Shown here in pieces: positions 1 through 11,432 of a DNA stretch of 64,000 bases. The notes under the pieces were generated by a model. It made no database searches, had not been told where the DNA came from, and saw only the letters and a program-made list of their open reading frames with translations. How positions within the stretch are numbered: the stretch's first letter is position 1; the number at the start of each line of letters is the position of its first letter. The position numbers and the translations under genes were made by a program. The stretch is taken from positions 227,709 to 291,708 of the forward strand of contig CAWIXZ010000001.1 of assembly GCA_963840205.1 (NCBI GenBank), given 5' to 3'. The stretch is from an uncultured Chloroflexia bacterium. GTDB taxonomy: Bacteria; Chloroflexota; Limnocylindria; QHBO01.

Positions 1-996
1 AGGGGCATGCGACGGGTCGAGTCGGCCGACGTCGTGGCGGCCGCGCTCACCGACGCGCGGCGCGAGGCGCTCTCGGCGTTCGGCGACGAGACGGTGTACG
101 CGGAGCGCGTCGTCGCGCCGGCACGGCACGTCGAGGTGCAGCTGCTCGGCGACCGGCATGGCGCCCTCGCGGTGCTGGGCGAGCGGGACTGCTCGGTGCA
201 GCGGCGCCATCAGAAGCTGGTCGAGGAATCGCCGTCACCGGCGGTGGACGAGGCCACGCGGACGCGGCTGTTCGACAGCGCGCAGGCGCGTCGCCGGCGC
301 GGTCGAGTTCCACAACGCGCCACGGTCGAGTTCCTGCTCGACGAGGACGGCAACCACTACTTCCTCGAGATGAACACCCGCCTCCAGGTCGAGCACGGCG
401 TGACCGAGCTCGTCACGGGCGTCGACATGGTGGCCTGGCAGATACGCGTCGCGGCGGGCGAGCGGCTGCCGCCGGCGGTCCTCGAGGCGCCACGGTCGGG
501 GCACGCGATCGAGGTCCGGCTCTACGCCGAGGACCCCTACCGAGGCTTCGCGCCGTCCGCGGGACGCGTCACCGCGTGGCGGATGCCGGACGGACCCGGC
601 GTACGGGTCGACGCCGGCGTCGAGGCGGACACGGACCTGCCCTCGGAGTACGACCCACTCCTCGCGAAGGTGCTCGTCCACGCCGCGGATCGCCCCGCTG
701 CGATCGCTCGGCTGCGGCGTGCGCTCGACGAGACGCTCGTCGGTGGCGTGCAGACCGACGCCGGCTTTCATCGCTGGCTGGTTGACCACCCCGGCTTCGT
801 GGGCGGCCGATACGACACTTCCTTCATCGAGGCGGAGTGGGGGAACGGCCCGCCCATCGGCCCGGAGGCCCGCGCTCTCGCCGCGTCGGCTGCGCTCGAG
901 GCTCGGCGGGCGGAGCCCGGGCCGTCCGCGCCCTCGGCGGAGCCGGCGGGCTCGGCCTGGGGCCGTGTGGCACGTGATGAGGCGCTCAGGCGATGA
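1..996 (+). CDS. Biotin carboxylase (ATP-grasp) of an acyl-CoA carboxylase alpha subunit, 5'-partial
   Basis: ORF 7..996 translation carries biotin-carboxylase motifs (HVEVQLLGDRHG, FLEMNTRLQVEHGVTE, IEVRLYAEDPYRGFAPSAG). The reading frame is open from base 1, so the gene starts upstream of the window. Confidence 0.8.
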   Translation, partial: RGMRRVESADVVAAALTDARREALSAFGDETVYAERVVAPARHVEVQLLGDRHGALAVLGERDCSVQRRHQKLVEESPSPAVDEATRTRLFDSAQARRRRGRVPQRATVEFLLDEDGNHYFLEMNTRLQVEHGVTELVTGVDMVAWQIRVAAGERLPPAVLEAPRSGHAIEVRLYAEDPYRGFAPSAGRVTAWRMPDGPGVRVDAGVEADTDLPSEYDPLLAKVLVHAADRPAAIARLRRALDETLVGGVQTDAGFHRWLVDHPGFVGGRYDTSFIEAEWGNGPPIGPEARALAASAALEARRAEPGPSAPSAEPAGSAWGRVARDEALRR

Positions 997-1461
997 ACGA
1001 TCTCGAGGTCATGGTCGAGGGTGAGTCGGTCCGGCCGGCTGATGGCTGGCGCCTCGAGTGGACCGACCGGACGCGCGGCGTCGGTCGGTTCGTGAACGGG
1101 GAGCGTGCGGTCCCGGTCGATTGTCGAGGGCACTGGGACAGAGTGGAGCGTGACGCTCGGCGGCCGAAGGGTCGCGGTCACCGTCCGCAGCTGGCGCGAG
1201 CGCATCTTGGCGGACGCCGAGACGTCGGCGGGCGGCCCGGTCGGGGCACTGGCGGTGAAGGCGACCCTGCCCGGCCTCGTTGTGGCGGTCCGGCGTGGCG
1301 CCCGGCGACGAGGTGGGCGAGGGCGACTCGCTCGTCACGATCGAGGCGATGAAGATGCAGAACGAGGTGCGCGCCCCTCGAGCCGCGCGCGTCACCGAGG
1401 TGGCAGTCGATCGCGGGACAGGTGGTCGCGAGCGGAGCACGCTCTCGTGACGCTGGAGTAG
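993..1461 (+). CDS. Biotinyl/lipoyl (BCCP) domain ORF. It may be the C-terminal part of the same carboxylase alpha subunit. Reading through needs 2 or more frame changes.
   Basis: The biotin attachment motif EAMKMQNE is encoded at ~1335-1365, and the hybrid-motif segments ([40 protein letters not shown]) are split over two ORF-track frames. ATGA overlaps the upstream stop. Confidence 0.55.
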
Positions 1462-1483
1462 GCTCGCGCGCGGCGGAGACGCG

Positions 1484-3110
<1,627 letters not shown>

Positions 3111-3114
<4 letters not shown>

Positions 3115-3540
3115 GCGCCGGTACGGCGCCTGGCCCGATTCATCACGTGGCGATCGTGGTGCGCTCGATCGAGGAGTCGCTGCCTCGCTATCGACGGCCT
3201 GCTCGGGCTGGAGGCTGCAGCCGAGCCGATCGTCTTCCAAGCGCAGCGCGTGCAGCTCTGCTTCCTCCCGACCGGTCCGGACCCCGCGGCGCGCATCGAG
3301 CTCATCGAGCCGATCGACTCGGAGAGCGGCGTGGCTCGCTTTCTCGGCGAGCGAGGGGAGGGCCTCCACCACGTCTGCCTGGTGACCGATGACCTGCCGG
3401 CCGCGCTGGATCGGCTCGCGGCACAGGAGGCGGAGCTCATCGACCGTGAGCCACGACGCGGGGCCCACGGATCGGTCGCCTTCGTCCATCCCCGCACGCT
3501 CAGCGGCGTGCTCTGGGAGCTCCTCCAGCCCGATCGCTGA
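3111..3540 (+). CDS. mce: Methylmalonyl-CoA epimerase (VOC/glyoxalase fold). One frame change is needed.
   Basis: The N-terminus [17 protein letters not shown] and the C-terminal ORF 3250..3540 (IELIEP...[18 protein letters not shown]...GVLWELLQP) match this family. ATGA overlaps the mutase stop. Confidence 0.7.
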
Positions 3541-3546
3541 AGGGCG

Positions 3547-4428
3547 CCGTCAGGCGACGCGCGCCTCTTGGAGCAGGCGTGGGATGTGGGACGGTGAGTC
3601 GGCCACGCGAATGCCGGCGGCCTCGAGCGCGGCGCGCTTTGATTCGGCCGTCCCCGCGCCGCCCGAGATGATCGCGCCGGCGTGCCCCATCCGACGTCCC
3701 GGGGGTGCGGTGCGGCCGGCGATGAATGCCGCCATCGGCTTTCGGACCTCCCGGGCGCAGAAGGCGGCCGCCTTCTCCTCCTCGTCGCCACCGATCTCGC
3801 CGATCATGACGATCGCCTCGGTCTCGGGGTCCTGGTTGAACATGTCGAGGATCTCGACGAAGCTCGTGCCGACGATCGGGTCGCCGCCGATGCCGACGCA
3901 GGTCGTCTGGCCGACGCCCGCATCGGTCATCGCCTGGACGACCTCGTAGGTGAGCGTGCCGGATCGGCTCACCAGGCCCACCGGCCCGCGCGTGTGGATG
4001 TTCCCGGGGATGATGCCGACCTTGGCCTCGTCCACGCTGGTCACGCCCGGGCAGTTGGGTCCGATCAGCCGCACGCCCTTCGCGCGAAGGACGTGGTAGA
4101 CCCGCAGCATGTCGAGCGCTGGCACGCCTTCCGTGATGCAGATCACGAGTGGCAGGCCGCCGTCGGCGGCCTCGAGCATCGCGTCGGGCGCGAACGCCGC
4201 CGGCACGAAGATGCACGAGGCGTTGGCGCCGGTCTGCTCGACCGCCTCCGCCACCGTGTCGTACACCGGGACGCTGCCCGTCGATCGCCGACTGCCCGCC
4301 CTTGCCCGGCGTCACGCCGGCGACGATCGGGGTGCCGTACTCGACCATCGCCCGCGAGTGGAACTCGCCCTCGCGACCGGTGATGCCCTGGACCAGGAGC
4401 CGTGTGTGGCGATTGACGAGGATGCTCA
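3547..4428 (-). CDS. sucD: Succinyl-CoA ligase alpha subunit. One frame change near 4270.
   Basis: ORF 3550..4266(-) is typical SucD ([55 protein letters not shown]). The N-terminus [23 protein letters not shown] lies in ORF 3500..4756(-). A GTG start overlaps the sucC stop. Confidence 0.9.
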
Positions 4429-4429
4429 C

Positions 4430-5573
4430 GCCAGGCCCCCGCGCGAGCCGCCTCGACGGCCTTCGCCGCGGCGTCGTCCAGCGAGTCGGCGGTGATGAGG
4501 TTGGCCTCGGCCAGGATCTGCTTCGCCTCCTCCGCGTTCGTGCCCACGATGCGGACCACCATCGGCACGTCGCGCGTGAGGGAGCCTCGGGCCTCCACGA
4601 TGCCGTGGGCCACCTCGTCGCCGCGGGTGATGCCGCCGAAGATGTTGATGAGGATGGCCTGCACGTTCGGGTCGTCGAGGATGATCTTGAACGCGGCCGC
4701 CACGCGGTCCGCCTTGGCGCCGCCGCCGATGTCGAGGAAGTTCGCCGGCTCGCCACCGGCGAGCTTCACGAGGTCCATGGTCGTCATGGCGAGCCCCGCG
4801 CCGTTCACCATGCAGCCGATCGTCCCCTCGAGCTTGATGAAGCTGATGCCGGCCTCGCGGGCCGCGACCTCGGAGGGCTCCTCCTCGTTCAGGTCGCGCA
4901 TGGCCTCGAGGTCCGGGTGGCGGGGGAGCGCGGACTCGTCGAGCACGATCTTCGCGTCGAGCGCGAGCGAGCGTGCCGTCCGTCGGTGACGACCAGCGGG
5001 TTGATCTCGGCGAGGTCCGCGTCGGACCCGAAGAACGTGTCGTTCAGCCCGCGCATGAGGACCGCGAAGTCCTTCCGCAGCTCGGGGGGCAGGCCCAGGA
5101 AGAACGCGACGCGCCGGACCTGGTGCTCCTGGAGGCCGATGAGGGGATGGAGCGGCATGCGCAGGATCGCGTCGGGGTTCGTCCGCGCCGTCTCCTCGAT
5201 CTCGACGCCGCCCTCGGCGCTGGCGATGATCGTCACGGCCCGCGCGGCGCGGTCGAGGATGAACGCGAGGTAGTACTCCTTCGCGATCTCCGCGGCCGGG
5301 GCGATGAGCACGGTCTTCACCGTGACCCCCTTGATGTCGAGGCCGATGATCTCGCGGGCGCGCGCCTCAGCCTCCTCCGGCGTCGCGGCCAGCTTGACGC
5401 CGCCGGCCTTGCCTCGGCCGCCGACCAGCACCTGCGCCTTCACGACCACCGGGCCGCCGATCTCGGTAGCCGCCTGCTCGAGCCTCTTCAGGAGTCGTCG
5501 CGGTCCTGCCGGCCACGATCGGGACGCCGTGGCGGGCGAGGATCTCCTTCGATCGGTACTCCTGGAGCTTCAC
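4430..5573 (-). CDS. sucC: Succinyl-CoA ligase beta subunit. At least 2 frame changes are needed.
   Basis: N-terminus [19 protein letters not shown] (ORF 5367..5573-), middle [21 protein letters not shown] (4889..5449-), C-terminus [34 protein letters not shown] (4143..4946-). Confidence 0.9.
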
Positions 5574-5713
5574 GCGGGCGCGTCTCCTCTGGCGGTGAAG
5601 GGGCTCGGGACGCGGATTGTACCGGCCCGCCCAGCGTGGGCGGCCGCCGGCGCATCGGCCTACACTTTCGGGACCGTAGCCGGCGCTGTGACCGGCCGAT
5701 GGAGGACCCGCTC

Positions 5714-6722
5714 GTGAGCTACGCCGTCACCCTGATCCCCGGCGACGGGATCGGTCCAGAGCTCGCCCAGGCCACTCGCGGAGTGCTCGAGGCGACCGGC
5801 ATCGGCTTCGAGTGGGACGTGCAGACGGCCGGCGAGGCGACGATCGCGAGCGAGGGCACGCCGCTGCCCGACCGCGTCATCGAGTCCATTCGCCGCAACA
5901 GGGTCGCCATCAAGGGACCGATCACGACGCCCGTCGGCTCCGGCTTCCGCTCGGTCAACGTGGGCCTGCGCCAGGCGCTCGAGCTCTACGCGAACGTCCG
6001 CCCGGCGCAGACGATGAAGGGCGTCGAGACTCGACTACGAGAACGTCGATCTCATCATCGTCAGGGAGAACACCGAGGATCTGTACGCGGGGATCGAGCA
6101 CCGGGTCGGTCCGGACGCGGCGGAGAGCATCAAGATCATCACCCGCGCCGCGAGCCAGCGGATCGCGCGCTACGCCTTCGAGTACGCGGTGAAGAACGGG
6201 CGGCGCAAGGTCACTGCCGTCCACAAGGCCAACATCATGAAGCTGTCCGACGGGCTCTTCCTCGAGAGCTGCCAGCAGGTCGCCGCGGACTACGCGGGCC
6301 GCGTCGAGTTCGAGGACCGCATCGTCGACAACATGTGCATGCAGCTCGTCCAGAAGCCGGAGCTGTACGACGTGCTGGTACTCCCGAACCTGTACGGCGA
6401 CATCGTGAGCGACCTCGCCGCGGGGCTGGTCGGCGGGCTCGGCGTGGCTCCCGGCGCGAACATCGGAGAGTACGCCGCGGTCTTCGAGCCCGTGCACGGC
6501 TCCGCGCCGAAGTACGCGGGGCAGAACAAGGCCAACCCGACCGCGCTGATCCTGTCCGGGGCCCTCATGCTCCGCCATCTCGGCGAGACGGACGCCGCTG
6601 CCGCCCTGGAGCGCGCGGTGCGCGAGGTGATCGCCGAGGGCACCACCGTGACGTACGACCTTGGTGGAACGGCCGGCACCCGCGAGTTCGGCGAGGCCGT
6701 GGCGGCGCGACTCTCCCGTTGA
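5714..6722 (+). CDS. NAD-dependent isocitrate dehydrogenase (isocitrate/isopropylmalate dehydrogenase family). Two frame changes near 6030-6190.
   Basis: Family motifs: [101 protein letters not shown]. The function is favoured by the surrounding sucCD and sdhCDAB genes. Confidence 0.7.
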
Positions 6723-7090
6723 TCACCCTGTTCGGCTACCGCCTCTCGTGGGCGCAGCTGGCCTGGTTCGGGCACCGGGCGAGCGGGCTCGGCGTGCTCC
6801 TCTATCTCTTCATGCACATCGTCGAGACCTCGACCGTCCTCTTCGGGCCGGACGTCTACAACGCCGCCGTCGGCATCTTCAAGAACCTGCCGGCCCGGCT
6901 GGGGGAGGTCGTCCTGATGGCCGCGCTCGTGTACCACGCGCTCAACGGGATGCGCGTGATCGCCATGGACTTCTGGCCCGCCCTGACCGCGTACTACCGC
7001 CCGCTCACCTACGGGGTCATCACCGCGACGATCGTCGCGATGGTCCCACTCAGCGTGCTCATGGTCAGGCCGTTCGTGCCGTGGTTCTGA
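6719..7090 (+). CDS. sdhC: Succinate dehydrogenase cytochrome b subunit
   Basis: Hydrophobic ORF tail ([25 protein letters not shown]...[18 protein letters not shown]) sits immediately upstream of sdhD/A/B. A TTG start overlaps the isocitrate dehydrogenase stop, and the N-terminus looks short. Confidence 0.6.
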   Translation: MITLFGYRLSWAQLAWFGHRASGLGVLLYLFMHIVETSTVLFGPDVYNAAVGIFKNLPARLGEVVLMAALVYHALNGMRVIAMDFWPALTAYYRPLTYGVITATIVAMVPLSVLMVRPFVPWF

Positions 7091-7094
7091 GCGC

Positions 7095-7545
7095 ATGACG
7101 AGCGCGGTGCGGCGCCCACGGACGATCTACTCGAACCCCTCGCGGGCGGCGCGGCCACGCCCCGAGGCCTCGGGGCGGGAGCGGTTCTGGTGGTACTTCA
7201 TGCGCCTCTCGGGCCTGGCGCTCGTGATCCTCGCCCTGGGGCACATGTTCATCATGCACGTGCTCGTGGAGCTCACCGGCGGCGAGATCAACTTCGCGTT
7301 CGTGCAGAGCCGGTGGGGGACTCCGTTCTGGCGCATCTACGACCTGCTGCTCCTTGTGCTCGCCTTCGTCCATGGCGCGAATGGCGCGCGCGTCGTCATC
7401 GGCGACTACGTGACCCAGCCGACCGCGCGCCGCCTGCTCGTCGGGCTCGCTCCTCGTGATCAGCGCCGTCTGGCTTCTGCTCGGCATGGCGGTGATCGCC
7501 TTCTTCGATCCGGGCACCGCGCCGCCGGTCGGGCCGTTCTCGTGA
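7095..7545 (+). CDS. sdhD: Succinate dehydrogenase hydrophobic membrane anchor subunit. One frame change near 7445.
   Basis: The N-terminal part reads in frame 0 (FWWYFMRLSGLALVILALGHMFIMHV...). The last TM helix (SLLVISAVWLLLGMAVIAFFDPGTAPPVGPFS*) reads in frame +1 and ends at TGA 7543-7545. Confidence 0.65.
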
Positions 7546-9341
7546 CGCTCGTCGCCCCGGCACGCCGGGGATCCATCCCGCCGACGCGCGTCGTGGAGCT
7601 CGACGCGGTGGTGGTCGGCGCGGGCGGGGCGGGGCTGTACGCCGCACTGGAGCTGAAGCAGGCGCTCGGGCCGGAGGCCCGCATCGGCGTCATCAGCAAG
7701 CTCCACCCGACCCGCTCGCACACCGGAGCGGCCCAGGGAGGCGTGTGCGCCGCGCTCGGCAACACGGAGGAGGACCACTGGGAGTGGCACTGGTTCGACA
7801 CGGTGAAGGGCGGGGACTACCTCGTCGACCAGGACGCGGCGGAGGTGATGTGCCGCGACGCGGTCGAGACGATCATCAACCTCGAGCACCTCGGGCTGCC
7901 GTTCAGCCGCACGCCCGACGGGCTCATCGACCAGCGTCGCTTCGGCGGCCACACGCGCAACCTCGGCGAGGCGCCCGTGCGACGCAGCTGCTTCGCCGCC
8001 GACCGCACGGGACACGCCATCCTCCAGACGCTCTACCAGCAGTGCATCCGGCGCGAGGTCGTCTTCTTCGACGAGTACCAGGTGCTCGACCTCGCCATGC
8101 CGGAGGGGGCGGACGGGCGCGTGACCGGTGTCATCGCGCTGCGGATCGCCACGTCGGAGCTCTACGCGTTCCGGGCGAAGGCCGTGATGTTCGCGACCGG
8201 CGGCTACGGCAAGGTGTTCAAGGTCACCTCGAACGCGCACACGCTCACCGGCGACGGCATGGCGATCCCGTATCGGCGAGGCCTGCCGCTTGAGGACATG
8301 GAGTTCTTCCAGTTCCACCCGACCGGCATGTACAAGCTTGGCTTTCTCCTCTCCGAGGCGATGCGCGGCGAGGGCGGCTTCATGGTGAACGGCGAGGGCG
8401 AGCGGTTCATGGAGCGCTACGCCCCGACCATGAAGGACCTCGCCTCTCGCGACGTGGTGAGCCGCAGCATCTACCTCGAGATCGCGGCGGGGCGGGGGAT
8501 CGGCGGCAAGGACTACGTGCACCTCGACGTGCGCCACCTGGGGGCCGAGGTGCTCGACACGAAGCTCCCCGACATGAGCGGGTTCATCCGCACGTACTTC
8601 GGCCTCGAGCCGCTCACCGACCTCGTCCCCATCCAGCCGACCGCGCACTACGCGATGGGCGGCATCCCGACCGACATCGACGGGCGAGCGCTCGCGGACG
8701 AGACGCGCGACGGTGGTGCCGGGCCTGTACGCCGCGGGCGAGGTCGCCTGCGTGAGCGTCCACGGCGCGAACCGGCTCGGGCACGAACTCGCTGCTCGAC
8801 ATCCTCGTCTTCGGCCGCCGCGCCGGCATCAAGATGGCCGAGGAGCTCGGCTCGGCGCCCGAGCCGATTCCGGACGTCGAGGCCGAGGACGCCGTCCAGG
8901 CGTCCGTCGGGGCGCTCATGCGGACGACCGAGGGCGAGCGCCCGGCAGTGATCCGGACCGAGCTCCAGGAGCTGATGTTCACCAAGTGCGGCGTGTACCG
9001 CACCGAGTCGCTGCTGACCGAGGCGCGTGACGAGGTCGCGCGCCTGCGCGTGCGCGCGCGAGAACCTGCTGGTCGAGGACCGGGGCTGCCGCTACAACAC
9101 CGACCTGGGTGACGCCCTCGAGCTTGGCTTCCTCCTGGACTGCGCGGAGGCGACCGTGGCCTCGGCGCTCGCGCGGACGGAGACGCGCGGCGGACACGCG
9201 CGCGAGGACTTCCCGGAGCGCGACGACGCGAACTGGCTCAAGCACACGCTGGTCACGCGAGACCCGGCGAGCGGCGAGACCTCGCTCCGCTACAAGCCGG
9301 TGACGATCACCGAGTTCCAGCCCAAGCCGCGGACCTACTGA
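7542..9341 (+). CDS. sdhA: Succinate dehydrogenase flavoprotein subunit. About 3 frame changes at ~8700, 8830 and 9030.
   Basis: FAD-binding motifs VVGAGGAGLYAA, HTGAAQGGVCAALGN, RSCFAADRTGHAILQTLYQQC, FFQFHPTGMYKLGFLLSEAMRGEGG. The C-terminal pieces are in ORFs 8834..9112 and 9027..9341 (ETRGGHAREDFPERDD). A GTG start overlaps the sdhD stop. Confidence 0.9.
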
Positions 9342-9345
9342 GCCG

Positions 9346-10050
9346 ATGGACGTCACGCTGCGGATCCGCCGCTACAACCCCGAGGCCGACGAGGCGCCGC
9401 ACTGGGAGCAGTACGAGGTCCACGCCGAGCCGACCGATCGCGTGCTGGATCTCCTGCACCAGGTGAAGTGGTTCCAGGACGGCACGCTCACCTTCCGTCG
9501 GTCGTGCGGCCACGGCGTCTGCGGCTCGGACGCAATGCTCATCAACGGCCAGAACCGACTCGCGTGCGAGTACCTGATCCGGGACGCCGGTCCCACGATC
9601 TCGGTCGAGGCCATGCGCGGCGTGCCCGTCATCAAGGACCTCCTCGTCGACATGGACCAGTTCTGGGAGAAGTACCGCCAGGCGATGCCGTTCCTGGTCA
9701 ACGACGAGCTTCCGGCCGACGGCAAGGAGCGTCGCCAGTCGCCCGAGGACCGCGAGCGCTACGAGGACACCAGCCGATGCATCCTGTGCGCGGCCTGCAC
9801 CACCAGCTGCCCTGTGTTCTGGACCGATGAGGACTACGTCGGCCCCGCCGCGATCGTCAACGCGCACCGCTTCATCGTCGACTCGCGGGACACGGCCAAG
9901 GAGGAACGGCTCCAGATCATGGCCGACGCCGACGGAGTGTGGCGCTGCCGGACGGTCTTCAACTGCGTCGAGGCCTGCCCGCGCGGCATCAACATCACCG
10001 GCGCGATACTCGAGGTGACGCAGGAGATCCGCAAGGCCTCGATCTCGTGA
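9346..10050 (+). CDS. sdhB: Succinate dehydrogenase iron-sulfur subunit
   Basis: Intact 234-aa ORF carrying the three Fe-S Cys clusters (CGHGVCGSDAMLINGQNRLAC, CILCAACTTSCP, CRTVFNCVEACPRGI). Confidence 0.95.
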   Translation: MDVTLRIRRYNPEADEAPHWEQYEVHAEPTDRVLDLLHQVKWFQDGTLTFRRSCGHGVCGSDAMLINGQNRLACEYLIRDAGPTISVEAMRGVPVIKDLLVDMDQFWEKYRQAMPFLVNDELPADGKERRQSPEDRERYEDTSRCILCAACTTSCPVFWTDEDYVGPAAIVNAHRFIVDSRDTAKEERLQIMADADGVWRCRTVFNCVEACPRGINITGAILEVTQEIRKASIS

Positions 10051-10456
10051 GGCTGCTCATCCACACCGATGGCGCGGCGCGCGGAAATCCAGGACCGGCC
10101 GGCGCCGGGGCCGTCCTTCGAGATGCCGCCACGGGCACGATCCTCGCCGAGGTCGCGCAGCCGCTGGGGCACGCCACGAACAACGTGGCCGAGTGGACCG
10201 CGGTGAAGCTCGCCCTCGAGGAGGCGGCGCGCCTGGGCGCCACGCACGTCGACCTGCGCATGGACTCGCAGCTCGTCGCGCGCCAGATCAGCGGCATCTA
10301 TCGGGTCAAGAACGCCGACCTCAAGCCGCTCCACGCCGCCGTCATGGCGCTGCTCGCGCGGTTCACCGGCTACACCGTCGGCCACATCCCCCGCGAGCTC
10401 AACAAGGACGCGGACCGCATGAGCAACGTCGCCATCGACGGGGGGCCATCGCCTAG
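10047..10456 (+). CDS. rnhA: Ribonuclease HI. The C-terminus is uncertain because the open frame runs on into rnpB.
   Basis: RNase H type-1 motifs (HTDGAARGNPGPAGAGAVL, NNVAEWTAVKLALEEA, HIPRELNKDADRMSN). A GTG start overlaps the sdhB stop. A G6 homopolymer at ~10443 probably hides the true stop (TAG at 10454). Confidence 0.7.
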
Positions 10457-10496
10457 AACGGGTGTTCCAATTCGCGCGGCCGCGCGATACAATGGC

Positions 10497-10832
10497 GGCC
10501 CTGGAGGCGGCCGGACGGCCGCGGGCGCATCGGTCGAAAGGCCGCGTCCGAGGAAAGTCCGAGCTCCACAGAGCAGGCTAGCGGGTAACACCCGTCCGCC
10601 GTGAGGCGAGGAACAGCGCCACAGTGACGATGCCCGCTCCTTCGGGAGCGGGAGTGAAACGCGGCAAGCTCTAGCCGGAGCAAGACCGAATAGGGGAGCG
10701 CAAGGCGGCGTTCGCGCCGCAGCAGGTTGCTCGCTCAGCTCCCGGGTAGGTCGCCCAGATGGATGGTCGTCCCCGAGGCCGATGCGAATCGGTCCCGGGA
10801 CAGAACTCGGCTTACAGGCCGCCTCCAGGGAT
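10497..10832 (+). ncRNA. rnpB: RNase P RNA, bacterial type A
   Basis: Universally conserved P4 and other segments are present: GAGGAAAGUCCGAGCUCCACAGAGCAGG, GGUAACACCCG, GUGAAACGCGGCAAG, GGAGCAAGACCGAAUAGGGG and ACAGAACUCGGCUUACAG. A perfect 14-bp P1 helix closes the molecule (CCCTGGAGGCGGCC at 10499-10512 pairs with GGCCGCCTCCAGGG at 10817-10830). A TACAAT -10-like hexamer lies just upstream. Confidence 0.92.
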
Positions 10833-10850
10833 CCGCTGTCACGAGTCGTC

Positions 10851-10990
10851 CCAATTCACACGAGGCGTGCGTTATGCACGCCGCGGCCGGTCTGAAGCGT
10901 CCTAATGCACACATGGCGTGAATCGGTACCGTCCAAGTGGGTCCATCGGGTCCGTTTCGGCGCTCAATGGTCACCTGGTGTGAATCTGGA
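10851..10990 (+). repeat. Intergenic element copy A: three near-palindromic TTCACAC-N3-GCGTGAA motifs
   Basis: Motifs at 10855-10870 (TTCACACGAGGCGTGC), 10907-10924 (GCACACATGGCGTGAATC) and 10971-10986 (inverted, TCACCTGGTGTGAATC). The spacing and flanks (CGTCC..A.T before motif 2; TGAAT.C.G...TTCG.C.GGC after motif 3) match copy B. Confidence 0.6.
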
Positions 10991-11010
10991 CGGTTCGGCT
11001 GGACGGGCGC

Positions 11011-11247
11011 TCAGTCCTCGTCTTCGCGCCATACCCCGCGCGCGGTGCAGGCGTTGCAGATGGGGCGTGCCTCGTCCATGGTGCCGAGCGGCAGGGGGTA
11101 GTCGCGGCCGCCGAGGAGGCAGTCGACCTGGACCGTGGTCGGCATCGTCGGCAGGATGCTCACGTGGCGCACCGAGCAGCGTCGAATTCGACCCGATCTT
11201 GCGATCGGCCGTCGTCGCAGTGGCTCGTCTATGGTTTCGAGCGCCAT
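11011..11247 (-). CDS. Hypothetical small Cys-containing protein (78 aa)
   Basis: The only support is the ORF itself, which contains C-x4-H...C...C-x2-C residues (CSVRH...DCLLG...PICNACTARG). I do not recognise a family. Confidence 0.25.
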   Translation of the reverse strand: MALETIDEPLRRRPIARSGRIRRCSVRHVSILPTMPTTVQVDCLLGGRDYPLPLGTMDEARPICNACTARGVWREDED

Positions 11248-11432
11248 CGCTCCCTCTGAGTTCTTCCGACATCAGCCGGAAGATCGAGGCTAGGCGTCGG
11301 CCCGAGGCAGTCGCAATGGGGCGTTCGTACTCCCAGGGTCACGGTGGTCTCGCGCCGCGGGACGGCCGAGCAGGGCCCTGCAGCGCGTAGACTCACGCCG
11401 CGCGACTGGCGCGGCGGACGTCGGGAGGGGCA

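Noticed and set aside
6600-6722. Missing N-terminal ~25 residues of SdhC
   Set aside because: No in-frame ATG or GTG lies upstream, and the region is the intact C-terminus of isocitrate dehydrogenase. I assume a TTG start at 6719 or a shorter SdhC rather than inventing an overlapping extension.
10905-11390. 161-aa plus-strand ORF after rnpB
   Set aside because: It overlaps copy A of the repeat element and the more plausible minus-strand small ORF. Its composition is junk-like (Arg/Gly/Pro runs).
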